This document shows, piece by piece, positions 10,443 to 22,612 of a stretch of DNA of 64,000 bases; position 1 is the first letter of the stretch; the number at the start of each line of letters is the position of its first letter. The translations under genes were made by a program, and so were the position numbers. Origin of the DNA: Squalus acanthias (lineage: Eukaryota); contig CM059425.1 in the NCBI GenBank assembly GCA_030390025.1, positions 163,372,001 to 163,436,000 of the forward strand, written 5' to 3'. Below the pieces are notes generated by a model. That model was not told where the DNA came from. It searched no databases and saw nothing but the letters and a program-made list of their open reading frames with translations.

Positions 10443-13393
10443 TCAGTATCCCGTCCCCGCCTTCTCTCCGTAACCCTTAACCCCTTTTGCCTGTAGAAAT
10501 ATATCTAATTCCCTCTTAAATATATTTAATGAGCTGGCGTACACTGCCCTCTGTGGCAATGAGTTCCACAGGTTCACCACCCTCTGAGTGAAGAAATTCC
10601 CCCTCATTTCTGTCCTAAATGGTTTAGCCCTTATCCTTAAATTATGTCCTCTAGTTCTGTTCTCACCCGCCAAGGGAAACATTCCTTCTGCATCTAGTCT
10701 GTCTAGACCTGTCAGAATTTTATACACTTCTATGAGGTCCCCTCTCAATCTTCTAAACTCCAGTGTGTACATCCCTAAACTACATAGTCTCTCCTCATAG
10801 GTCAATCCCGCCATTCCTGGTATCAGCCTGGTGAATCGCCGCTGCACCCCCTCCATGGCAAGAACATCTTTCCTCAGATGAGGCGACCAAAACTGTACAC
10901 AGTACTCGAGGTGTGGTCTCACCAGTGCCCTGTACAGCTGCAGCAAGGTATCCCTGTTCCTGTATTCCAACCCTTTTGCTATGAAGGCCAGCATACCGTT
11001 TGCCTTCTTGACCGCCTGTTGCACCTGCATGCTCGCCTTCAGTGACTGGTGTACAAGAACACCCAGGTCTCTCTGTACTTCCCCCTCTCCCAATTTATTG
11101 CCATTTAAATAATAATTTGCCCTCCCGTTCCTGCACCCAAGGTGGATAACTTCGCACTTGTCCACATTATAGTGCATCTGCCATTTATCCGCCCAATCAC
11201 CCAGTCTGTCCAAATCGCTCTGGAGCTTCCTGGTCTCCTCCTCTGAGCCCACCCCCCCTCCTAGTTTAGTGTCGTCTGCAAATTTGGAAATGCTGCATCC
11301 GACTCCCTGATCCAGGTCATTAATGTAAATTGTGAACAGCTGGGGACCCAGGACAGATCCCTGTGGTACCCCACTTGTTACTGCCTGCCATTCAGAAAAT
11401 GAGCCGTTTATTCCAACTCTCTGTTTTCTATCTGACAGCCAGTTCTCTATCCACGTCAATACTTTCCCCTTTATCCCATGAGCTTCAATTTTCCATGCTA
11501 ATCTTTTATGTGGGACCTTGTCGAAGGCCTTTTGGAAGTCCAGGTACACCACATCTACTGGCTCTCCCCCATCTATTTTACCAGTTACTCCCTCAAAAAA
11601 TTCCAATAGATTAGTCAAGCACGATTTACCCTTTGTAAATCCATGTTGACTCTGTCCTATCCTGTCCCCATTTGCTAAGTGCTCCGCTATTTCATCCTTA
11701 ATGATGGACTCCAGCATTTTGCCCACAACTGATGTAAGGCTTACAGGTCTGTAATTACCTGCTTTTTCCCTACCCCCCTTTTTGAATAGTGGGGTAACGT
11801 TAGCTACCCTCCAATCCATGGGCACTGTTCCCGAGTCTAATGAATTCTGAAAAATCATACTTAGTGCATCCGCTATCTCTAGGCCACCTCCTTCAGTACC
11901 CTAGGATGCATGTTATCAGGCCCTGGGGATTTGTCCGCCTTCAATCCCTTTAGCTTCCTTAACACCATATCCTTAGAGATATTGATTTGCGTCAGTTCCT
12001 CCTTTGCCAATGTCCCTATTTTTCCCGATATCCCAGGGAGGTTTTTTGTGTCTTCCTTCGTAAAGACTGACCCAAAGTATGCATTTAGTTGGCCTGCCAT
12101 TTCCTTATTTCCCGTTATATATTCCCCCGTATCTGACTGCAATGGACCAACTTTGGTTTTCACCAGTCTTTTCCTCTTGATATACTTATAAAAGCTTTTG
12201 GAGTTAGTTTTTATATTTTCCGCCAGCTTGCTTTCGTAAGCTATTTTGCCCCTCTTGATTAAGCCCTTTGTCCTCCTTTGCTCTATCTTAAACTGTTCCC
12301 AATCTTCCGCTCTGGCGCTTTTTTTGGCTATTTTATACGCCCTATCTTTGGATTTTATGCTGTCTCTAATTTCCCCTGTTATCCACGGTTGAGTCACCTT
12401 TTTAGATTTCCTTTTATGCCAGATTGGTATAAACAATTTTTGCAATTTTGTCATTCTATCTTTAAATGCTTGCCATTGTTTATCTACCTCCAGTCCTCCC
12501 AGGAACGTTGTCCAATCAGACCTACTCAGTTCCCGTCTAATGGCATCATAATTCCCCTTGTTTAAATTCAGGACCTTAGTCTCTGAGTCAATTTCTTCGC
12601 TCTCCATTTCGAGTGAGAAATCGATCATGTTATGATCGCTCTGACCCAAGGGTCCCCGTACAACAAGATTACTAATTAGTCCCTTCTCATTGCACAGTAC
12701 CCAGTCCAATATAGCCTGTTCCCAAGTTGGTTCCTCGACATATTGATCCAGATAACCATCCCTTAAACACTCAAGGAATTCCTCCTCCTCATTATTTTTA
12801 CTGATTAGGCTAGTCCAATCTATATGTAAGTTAAAGTCACCTATGATGACAGCTGTGCTCTTATTGCACGCTTCTCTAATTTCCCTCGTGATGCCCTCCC
12901 CAACCTCTATTTTACTATTTGGAGGCCTATATACCACTCCTATTAATGTTTTTCGCCCCTCGCTATTTCTTAGCTCCACCCATATAGATTCTGTATTAAC
13001 TGAGTTAATATCCTTCCTTTCAATTGCATTTATCCCCACTTTTACCAGCAATGCTACCCCTCCTCCCTTTCTTTTTTGTCGATCCTTCCTAAATACTGAA
13101 TACCCCTGTATGTTAAGCTCCCAGCCCTGCTCACCCTGCAACCATGTTTCCGTAATCCCAATTAGATCATAATTATTAACCTCTATTTCCACAGCTAATT
13201 CATCTACCTTGTTCCTGATGCTTCTCGCATTAAGGTATAAAACCCTCAGGCTTTTTTTATGCTCACATTTTTTATGAATTAGTTTGGCCCTTTGTTTTTT
13301 GTTCCTCACCCTTTTACCATTTATTTCTGTCTGCCTTTCACTTTCCTCTATTTCACTACATAGGTTTCTAGCCCCCTGCCATACTAGTTTAAA
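10443..13393 (-). CDS. CR1 ORF2p (AP endonuclease + reverse transcriptase), one 1-nt deletion near 11882
   Basis: APE: YLNARS, GITETWL, GDFNL, SDHN. RT: NYRPVSLTS, QHGF, YLDFQKAFD, GVPQGSVLGP, FADD. It reads CTAGGCCAC here versus CTAGGGCCAC in copy C. Confidence 0.9.
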
Positions 13394-14331
13394 TGCTCCC
13401 GAACTGATTTATCAAAAATTACCCCGAGAACATCAGTTCCATCTTTGCACAGGTGTAGACCGTCCCTTTTGTATAGGTCACACCTACCACAAAACTGGTT
13501 CCAATGCCTCAAAAATTTAAAACCCTCCCTCTTACACCACTGCTCAAGCCACGTATTTAGCCTAACTATCCTGTTCTCTGTACTCTTACTAGCACGTGGC
13601 ACTGGTAGTAATCCAGAGATTACTACCTTCGAGGTCCTACTTTTTAGCTTGGCTCCTAACTCCCTAAATTCTACTTGTAGGACCTCTTCCCTTTTTTTAG
13701 CTACGTCGTTGGTACCAACATGTATCACGACAACTGGCTGTTCCCCCTCCCCCTCCAGAATGTTCTGCACCCGCGCCGAGACATCCTTGACCCTTGCACC
13801 AGGGAGGCAACATACCATCCTGGAGTCTCGGTCGCGACCACAGAAACCCCTATCTATTCCCCTTACAATCGAATCCCCTATTACTATAGCCCTGCCACTC
13901 TTTTTCCCTCCCTTCTTTGCAACAGAGCCAGTCATGGTGCCATGAGCCTGGCTGCTGGTGCCTTCCCCCGATGAGTCATCCCCCCCGACAACAGCACCTA
14001 AGGCGGTGAACCTGTTGCTAAGGGAGACAACCCCAGGGGATTTCTGCACTACCTTCCTGCCCTTGCTCTGCCTTTTGGTCACCCATGTACTATCTACGCT
14101 GGCCTTAACCTGCGGTGTGACCAACTCACTAAATGTGCTATCCACAACCCTCTCAGAATCGTGGATGCTCCAAAGTGAGTCCATCCGCAGCTCAAGGGCC
14201 GTCATGCAGTCCCACATGAGCTGCAGCTGGACACACTTCCCGCACACATGGTTGTCAGGGACACAGGAAGCGTCCCTGATTTCCCACATGTTACAGGAGG
14301 AGCATGACACAGGTCCGAGCTCTACTGCCAT
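13384..14331 (-). CDS. CR1 ORF1p (zinc-finger + SGNH esterase), 315 aa, intact
   Basis: CSSC..CGKC, IGDSIVRG, HVGTND, DGLHL. Confidence 0.9.
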   Translation of the reverse strand: MAVELGPVSCSSCNMWEIRDASCVPDNHVCGKCVQLQLMWDCMTALELRMDSLWSIHDSERVVDSTFSELVTPQVKASVDSTWVTKRQSKGRKVVQKSPGVVSLSNRFTALGAVVGGDDSSGEGTSSQAHGTMTGSVAKKGGKKSGRAIVIGDSIVRGIDRGFCGRDRDSRMVCCLPGARVKDVSARVQNILEGEGEQPVVVIHVGTNDVAKKREEVLQVEFRELGAKLKSRTSKVVISGLLPVPRASKSTENRIVRLNTWLEQWCKREGFKFLRHWNQFCGRCDLYKRDGLHLCKDGTDVLGVIFDKSVREHLN

Positions 14332-14774
14332 GACTTAACCCTTATATTACTTTTTAATTTTCTAGTTTTAGTTTATTTATTGACTTTTGTTTTCCCGAAG
14401 CTTACTTAGACCAATGTATACTGTACTCCTCTTATTCCTTTTTAAACTAACCAAATCCACTAGTTTTAGTTTTACTTTCTAGGAAGGTTTGAGGAAAGTA
14501 CTTACCAGTTAGTCTTACCTCCCTGGTCTTTCGCTGACTTCCCGGTCTTGTGTCCCCTTGGTCCTACGCCGACTTCCCGCTCCTCCCGGTAACCGTCCTG
14601 CCCTGCTGAAAAGAAACTGAGACCAAAAAATTTGTGACCTCTGTTTTTAGACTGCTAAAAGACTAGTAGGTTAGAGGAGGAGGGCGGGTGGGGGTTCCTA
14701 CTCTGTAGGAACTCGGGTTTAAGCCACCACCCTCCTTAAATGCCGCTCACCTGGGTGCTTCCCACCTGGTCCGC

Positions 14775-17700
14775 TTCCGGTCTCGTAGCTTCCGACAACA
14801 GCCTGTGAAGAAAAGCCTGCGAAAGTGAGTTCAAATACTCACAGCACCTCACAGCACCTCCGGTCTCGTCGCTCCCGACAACAGCCTGTGAAGAAAAGCC
14901 CGCGAAAGTGAGTTCAAATACTCACAGCACCTCACAGCACCTCCGGTCTCGTCGCTCCCGACAACAGCCTGTGAAGAAAAGCCCGCGATAGTGAGTTCAA
15001 ATACTCACAGCACCTCACAGCACCTCCGGTCTCGTCGCTCCCGACAACAGCCTGTGAAGAAAAGCCCGCGAAAGTGAGTTCAAATACTCACAGCACCTCA
15101 CAGCACCTCCGGTCTCGTCGCTCCCGACAACAGCCTGTGAAGAAAAGCCCGCGAAAGTGAGTTCAAATACTCACAGCACCTCACAGCACCTCCGGTCTCG
15201 TCGCTCCCGACAACAGCCTGTGAAGAAAAGCCCGCGAAAGTGAGTTCAAATACTCACAGCACCTCACAGCACCTCCGGTCTCGTCGCTCCCGACAACAGC
15301 CTGTGAAGAAAAGCCCGCGAAAGTGAGTTCAAATACTCACAGCACCTCACAGCACCTCCGGTCTCGTCACTCCCGACAACAGCCTGTGAAGAAAAGCCCG
15401 CAAAAGTGAGTTCGAATAGTCACAGCACCTCACAGCACCTCCGGTCTCGTCGCTCCCGACAACAGCCTGTGAAGAAAAGCCCGCGAAAGTGAGTTCAAAT
15501 ACTCACAGCACCTCACAGCACCTCCGGTCTCGTCGCTCCCGACAACAGCCTGTGAAGAAAAGCCCGCGAAAGTGAGTTCAAATACTCACAGCACCTCACA
15601 GCACCTCCGGTCTCGTCGCTCCCGACAACAGCCTGTGAAGAAAAGCCCGCGAAAGTGAGTTCAAATACTCACAGCACCTCACAGCACCTCCGGTCTCGTC
15701 GCTCCCGACAACAGCCTGTGAAGAAAAGCCCGCGAAAGTGAGTTCAAATACTCACAGCACCTCACAGCACCTCCGGTCTCGTCGCTCCCGACAACAGCCT
15801 GTGAAGAAAAGCCCGCGAAAGTGAGTTCAAATACTCACAGCACCTCACAGCACCTCCGGTCTCGTCGCTCCCGACAACAGCCTGTGAAGAAAAGCCCGCG
15901 AAAGTGAGTTCAAATACTCACAGCACCTCACAGCACCTCCGGTCTCATCGCTCCCGACAACAGCCTGTGAAGAAAAGCCCGCGAAAGTGAGTTCAAATAC
16001 TCACAGCACCTCACAGCACCTCCGGTCTCGTCGCTCCCGACAACAGCCTGTGAAGAAAAGCCCGCGAAAGTGAGTTCAAATACTCACAGCACCTCACAGC
16101 ACCTCCGGTCTCGTCGCTCCCGACAACAGCCTGTGAAGAAAAGCCCGCGAAAGTGAGTTCAAATACTCACAGCACCTCACAGCACCTCCGGTCTCGTCGC
16201 TCCCGACAACAGCCTGTGAAGAAAAGCCCGCGAAAGTGAGTTCAGATACTCACAGCACCTCACAGCACCTCCGGTCTCGTCGCTCCCGACAACAGCCTGT
16301 GAAGAAAAGCCCGCGAAAGTGAGTTCAAATACTCACAGCACCTCACAGCACCTCCGGTCTCGTCGCTCCCGACAACAGCCTGTGAAGAAATGCCCGCGAA
16401 AGTGAGTTCAAATACTCACAGCACCTCACAGCACCTCCGGTCTCGTCGCTTCCGACAACAGCCTGTGAAGAAAAGCCCGCGAAAGTGAGTTCAAATACTC
16501 ACAGCACCTCACAGCACCTCCGGTCTCGTCGCTCCCGACAACAGCCTGTGAAGAAAAGCCCGCGAAAGTGAGTTCAAATACTCACAGCACCTCACAGCAC
16601 CTCCGGTCTCGTCGCTCCCGACAACAGCCTGTGAAGAAAAGCCCGCGAAAGTGAGTTCAAATACTCACAGCACCTCACAGCACCTCCGGTCTCGTCGCTC
16701 CCGACAACAGCCTGTGAAGAAAAGCCCGCGAAAGTGAGTTCAAATACTCACAGCACCTCACAGCACCTCCGGTCTCGTCGCTCCCGACAACAGCCTGTGA
16801 AGAAAAGCCCGCGAAAGTGAGGTCAAATACTCACAGCACCTCACAGCACCTCCGGTCTCGTCGCTCCCGACAACAGCCTGTGAAGAAAAGCCCGCGAAAG
16901 TGAGTTCAAATACTCACAGCACCTCACAGCACCTCCGGACTCGTCGCTCCCGACAACAGCCTGTGAAGAAAAGCCCGCGAAAGTGAGTTCAAATACTCAC
17001 AGCACCTCACAGCACCTCCGGTCTCGTCGCTCCCGACAACAGCCTGTGAAGAAATGCCCGCGAAAGTGAGTTCAAATACTCACAGCACCTCCGGTCTCGT
17101 CGCTCCCGACAGCAGCCTGTGAAGAAAAGCCCGCGAAAGTGAGTTCAAATACTCACAGCACCTCACAGCACCTCCGGTCTCGTCGCTCCCGACAACAGCC
17201 TGTGAAGAAAAGCCCGCGAAAGTGAGTTCAAATACTCACAGCACCTCACAGCACCTCCGGTCTCGTCGCTCCCGACAACAGCCTGTGAAGAAAAGCCCGC
17301 GAAAGTGAGTTCAAATACTCACAGCACCTCACAGCACCTCCGGTCTCGTCGCTCCCGACAACAGCCTGTGAAGAAAAGCCCGCGAAAGTGAGTTCAAATA
17401 CTCACAGCACCTCACAGCACCTCCGGTCTCGTCGCTCCCGACAACAGCCTGTGAAGAAAAGCCCGCGAAAGTGAGTTCAAATACTCACAGCACCTCACAG
17501 CACCTCCGGTCTCGTCGCTCCCGACAACAGCCTGTGAAGAAAAGCCCGCGAAAGTGAGTTCAAATACTCACAGCACCTCACAGCACCTCCGGTCTCGTCG
17601 CTCCCGACAACAGCCTGTGAAGAAAAGCCCGCGAAAGTGAGTTCAAATACTCACAGCACCTCACAGCACCTCCGGTCTTGTCGCTCCCGACAACAGCCTG

Positions 17701-17781
17701 TGAAGAAAAGCCCGCGAAAGTGAGTTCAAATACTCACAGCACCTCACAGCACCTCCGGTCTCGTCGCTCCCGACAACAGCC
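14775..17781. repeat. Tandem array of ~36 near-identical 83-bp units at the CR1 5' end
   Basis: CCGACAACAG recurs every 83 bp from 14792 to 17770. One unit near 17085 lacks a 10-bp internal duplicate; otherwise only scattered single substitutions. Confidence 0.97.
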
Positions 17782-18426
17782 GAAGCTGCCACTGACCCAC
17801 CTATTCCATGAACCTCAATTTTGTTAACTTATGTGGTACTTTGTCAAATGCATTCCGAAAATCCATGTAGACAACATCCATTGCATTCCCTTCATCAATC
17901 CTCTCTGTTACTTCTTCAAAAATTCAATGTTCACTAGGTTGATTCCTGAGATGAGGGGTTGTCTTATGAGGAAAGGTTCAGCAGCTTGGGCCTATACTCA
18001 TTGGAGTTTAGAAGAATGAGAGGTGATCGTATTGAAATATATATGATGCTGAGGGGGCTCGACAGGGTAGATGCTGAGAGGATGTTTCCCCTCATGGGGG
18101 AATCTAGAACTAGGGGGCATAGTTTCAGGATAAGGGGTCGCCCATTTAAGTCGGAGATGAGGAAGAATTTCTTCTCTCAGAGGGTCGTGAATCTTTGGAA
18201 TTCTCTACCCCATAGAGCTGTGGAGGCGGAGTCATTGAATATATTCAAGGCTGAGATAGACAGATATTTGAGCTACAGGGGAGTCAAGGGTTATGGGGAA
18301 CTGGCAGGAAAGTGGAGCTGAGGCCAAGATCAGATCAGCCATGATCTTATTGAATGGCGGAGCAGGCTCGAGGGGCCGAATGGCCTACTCCTGCTCCTAT
18401 TTATCATGTTCTTATGTTCTTATGTT

Positions 18427-18922
18427 CAGAGGGACCTGGATGTCCTTGTACACAAATCAGTGAAAGTTAACATGCAGGTACAGCAAGCAATTAGGAAAGC
18501 AAATGATATGTTAGCCGTTATTACAAAGGGATTAGAGTATAAGAGTAAAGACATCTTACTGCAATTATAAGGGCCTTGGTGAGATCTGAAGTACTGTGTA
18601 CAGTTTTGGTCTCCTTACCTAAGGAAAGATATACTTGCCTTCGAGGGAGTGCAACAAAGGTTTACCAGACTGGTTCCTGGGATGTGGGGATTGTCTTATG
18701 AGGAGAGATTGAGTAGACTAGGTCTATCTTCTCTAGCGTTTAGTTGAATGAGCGGTGGTCTCATTGAAACATAACATTTTTAAGGTGCTTGACAGGGTAG
18801 ATGCTGGGAAGATGTTTCTCCTGGCTAGTGAGTCTAGAACTAGGGGTCACAGTCTCAGAATAAGGGGTTAGCCATTTAGGACTGAGATGAGGAGAAATTT
18901 CTTTACTCAAAGGGTTGTGAAT
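18427..18922 (+). mobile_element. Degenerate CR1 ORF2 C-terminal fragment
   Basis: QRDLDVLVHKSVKVNMQVQQAIRKA... through FFTQRVVN, with stops and frameshifts. Confidence 0.8.
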
Positions 18923-18924
18923 CC

Positions 18925-21900
18925 ACGCATTACCAGTCGTGAAAGTCACCACTGCTCTCAATTCTTTTACCTCTGGCTCTTTCCAGGGCACTACTGGAGA
19001 CATATCCAGGATTTTCTAGTTGGCTGCAAATAAATGCATAAGGCAGGTGATGGATGGGATGTTTTCAGGGCGGCGAGTTATGTCAACTTCCCCTGTGACG
19101 ACAATAGACAGAATGAGGAGGCACTCGGATTTGCATCTCTAGCTGGCTTCCCACAGGCACAGGGTACCATCGATTGCACATATGTAGCAATCTAATGGGC
19201 ACCAGATCAACCAGGAGTATTCATCAACTGCAAGGGATTTCATTCCATGGTGGGCAACCACAAGACAAGGTTCATGCAGGTGTGCGCCAAATTCCCTTGG
19301 AGCTGCCATGATCCTGCGGCAGTCCAACATCCCCGACCTCTTCGTACCTGGAAGCAGACTTAAGGGGTGGCTGTTAGGAGACAAAGGATAACCCCGCAAG
19401 CTTGGCTGTGAAGAACCCCACCAATGAACCCCAAGAGCGGTACAACAACAGTCATATGGTCACCAGATGTGTTATCGAACAAGCCATCGGCATGTTCAAG
19501 CTGTGCTTCAGGTGCCTGGACAAATATGGATGTGCCCTTCAGTACATGTCAGCGAGGGTCTCTAGAATGTCATGATGTGCTGCGTTCTGCACAACATTAC
19601 ACAGCAGCGAGGATTATAGCTGGAGGAACAAGGCGATCATCACTCATCATCTGCTGACAGTTCCAATGAAGAGGAGGACGAGCAGGAGGAAGTTGAAGAT
19701 TTTTAAAAAATTTGTTTATGGGATGTGGGCATCGCTGGCAAGGCCAGCATTTATTGCCCATCCCTAATTGTCCTTGAGAAGGTGGTGGTGAGCCACCTTC
19801 TTGAACCGCTGCAGTCCGTGTGGTGAAGGAACTCCCATAGTGCTGTTAGGTAGGGAGTTCCAGGATTTTGACCCAGCGACGATGAAGGATCGGCGATATA
19901 CTTCTAAGTCAGGATGGTGTGTGACTTAGACGGGAACTTGGAGGTGGTGGTGTTCCCATGTGCCTGCTGCCCTTGTTCTTCTAGGTGGAAGAGGTCGCGG
20001 GTTTGGGAGGTGCTGCCGAAGAAGCCTTGGCGAGTTGCTACAGTGCATCTTGTAGATGGTACACACTGCAGCCACGGTACGCCGGTGGTGGAGGGAGTGA
20101 ATGTTTAAGGTGGTGGATGGGGTGCCAATCAAGCCGGCTGCTTTGTCCTGGATGGTGTCGAGCTTCTTGAGTGTTGTTGCAGCTGCACTCATCCAGGCAA
20201 GTGGTGAGTATTCCATCACACTCCTTACTTGTGCCTTGTAGCTGGTGGAAAGGCTTTGGGGAGTCAGGAGGTGAGACACTCGCCACAGAATACCTAGCCT
20301 CTGACCTGCTCTTGTTGCCACAGTATTTATGTGGCTGGTCCAGTTAAGTTTCTGGTCAATGGTGAACCCCAGGATGTTGATGGTGGGGGATTCGGCGATG
20401 GTAATGCCGTTGAATGTCAAGGGGCGGTGGTTAGACTCTCGCTTGTTGGAGATAATCATTGCCTGGCACTTCTGTGGTGCAAATGTTACCTGCCACTTAT
20501 CAGCCCAAGTCTGAATGTCGTCCAGGTCTTGTTGTATGCAGGCACCCAAAGGCAGATCAGCCGCTCATGTTGCTGCTCGGGAATCCAAGCAACTGAAAAG
20601 GCGAGTTGTCACTGGATACGCAAGAATGGGCAACACAGGGAAGTGGTACAGATTAATAAATTTTATGTGAGGTAATAACATAAGGAAACTGAATAACATA
20701 ACATTTTCACAAATACCCTTGGTGAATTGCAAAGTTTTTCTCTTCCTTTGCCTACCACTCCTACGTGGTGCAACCCCTGTAGCTTCAGCAGAGGTATAGG
20801 TAGGCTGCTCAGATCCTTGCTCTGACTGCTGAGATGTGTTTGGCCAATGACCTCTGGGTTTTGGAACCCATGAGGGCCCCGCCAAAGACTGCCCCACCTA
20901 TACTTGTGCAACGGCTAACTCGGCCATCAGGAGAGGTGTTAGCATGTCGTGTACTGGCTGGGGGCGGTGGGGTGGTGCGGGGGGTGGGGGGGGCGGGGGA
21001 TGGAGTACAATGGGTGAGATGTAGGATCGCTTTGAGTGGAGCTCCCACTCCCATTTCGCCATCACCCCTCTCCTGGGCCAGCGGCACATCACTCCTATCT
21101 CTCTTCTCGGGAGCAGCTTGGTGCAGATCAGTGATGCCTTGTAAGGCCACGGCTGATGTATCTGTCGGCCTGTTTAAAGCAGCAGACATGCTGGCATCCA
21201 AAGTCTGCAAGGCCATGGTCATGGCCTACATAGACTGCTTTGATAGCCGCGATTGAAGTTCCACAGAAGCAGCCACTCTATGGCAGACTTTCTTGCGATG
21301 GCCTGCGATATCAATCCACAAATATTCGAGCTGGACTCCTCCATCCTCTCTGCTATTGTGGAGATTATGCATAGCATGTTTTTCGTTACCTCACAAATTT
21401 TATGATTCTCCTTTTCATCGATGGCCCGTGGGCCTCCATTGCCTCTTCTTCTGCAGCTATCAGCTGCACAATCTGTGACGGACCACCTCTAGTCCTCTCC
21501 CTTGTGTTTTGTGCTTTCTTTTCCTGCAACAGGAGAAAGAACAGACCTATAAGTGATTGAAAGGCATGTGTTCACCTAATGGATGCAGTGCATCCACTGA
21601 GGGTGACTATCAGGCAGATGCATCACATTGCATAAGCATTGGGGTGAGTGGTAGTGGTAGATGGATAAATGGATAAATGGAGATGTGAGGAAGTTCATAG
21701 AAAGTGAATGATGGGTATTCTTAAAAATGAAGTACATGTGAGGAGTGATGTGATGGAGTACGCTTGACAAGACAGAGAGAGGGAGAATGTGGTGTGCACT
21801 ATAGGATGTAGGTGTATCTGCAAATGTACTCATCATTCTTGACCTAGTTAGGTCATTAAAGCGCGTCCTGCCCTTTGTCCAGAAACAGGGCACAATGCTC

Positions 21901-22260
21901 CTGCTGCTGACCTCCTCAGCCACCTTCAACCACCACTACTTGGTGACAGTAGCTGGTTTCTTGCTCCCATTGCTGGGGAAGATAATCTCCTTCCTGCTCC
22001 TCACGGCACCTAGCGGTACATCAAGTGATGCGCTGTTAAACTGGTCCATCTTTAAACTTTGCCATCTCTTTGCACAGACTCCTAACTCCTCCTAATTTCA
22101 ACTTTGATTGGTGCTTTAAATAGTCTAGCTAAAATCACGTCATGTGGGTTCGCATCACGTCTACTGTCGCGCATTGGAGATGCAAAAAACGGAAGTAAAA
22201 TTATAATTAGGTAGCCATGTTGAAATTGAACATTCTGACGCGCTGTAAATCTGCCACAGA
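18925..22260. mobile_element. Decayed Harbinger (transposase remnant + at 18925-19697; Myb-gene remnants - at ~20700-22050), split by a LINE
   Basis: Remnants of VTTALNSFTSGSFQ, GTIDCT, WLLGDKG and EQAIGMFK; on the minus strand, KVAEEVSSRSIVP...RFNDLTRS. Ends not resolved. Confidence 0.75.
19698..20542 (-). mobile_element. 5'-truncated non-LTR LINE (second CR1/L2-group family), 3' part
   Basis: QQDLDDIQTWADKWQVTFAP...YKAQVRSVMEYSPLAW and a tail with GGGCAATAAATGCTGGCC. Same family as 30435-30782 and 56915-57935. Confidence 0.85.
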
Positions 22261-22612
22261 AAGCTAGGGCTGGTATTTCATAGGAACATAGGACTTTTCA
22301 TGATGTAAGGACCCTTTTAATAATGATATTTATGTTCCTGCAATGCCACTCAACCTCTCGGCCCAGAAAGGGAACAATTGAAACTGTGCAGTCGCACTCC
22401 TACAGGCAGTAAACTGTTCCTAGTGGTTTTATAATTTTTAAATTGTTTTCTTACTTTTTCCCTCTGTCTCTTTTCTCTCTCTCTCTGAATCCAACCTTCC
22501 CTCTCTTTATTTCACTTTCTGTATCTAATTTGATTTTAATTCACCTTATTTCCTTCTCTGTCGTTCGTTCTGTTTCTTTCCCTATGCTTAGATTTCATTA
22601 GTTAGGTAAATA

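Larger units (their letters stand above)
10351..17781 (-). mobile_element. Full-length, near-intact CR1 LINE (copy B) with tandem-repeat 5' end
   Basis: ORF1 13384-14331, ORF2 APE+RT ~13390-10443, a 3' UTR with a microsatellite tail near 10351, and a 5' UTR running into the 83-bp array. Confidence 0.93.
8233..17928 (-). mobile_element. 5'-truncated CR1 (pieces 8233-8248, 9093-9445, 9610-10350, 17782-17928) hosting further insertions
   Basis: RT/C-terminal ORFs 10126-10362, 9526-10077 and 9167-9445. The RT sequence continues at 17782 (VDVVYMDFRNAFDKV region). Confidence 0.82.
6462..18428 (+). mobile_element. 5'-truncated CR1 (RT + 3' UTR) split into 6462-6955, 7832-8232 and 17929-18428 by nested insertions
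   Basis: QHGFMKGKSCLTNL, FQKAFDKV, ADDTK, RPHLEYCVQFW, then RMRGD...FFSQRVVNLWN and a (TTCTTATG)n tail. GTTCA is duplicated at both ends of the large insert. Confidence 0.85.

Noticed and set aside
14775..17781. CRISPR-like array (regular period, internal palindrome)
   Set aside because: Units are identical end to end with no unique spacers, there are no cas genes, and the context is eukaryotic. It is a tandem repeat attached to a LINE.
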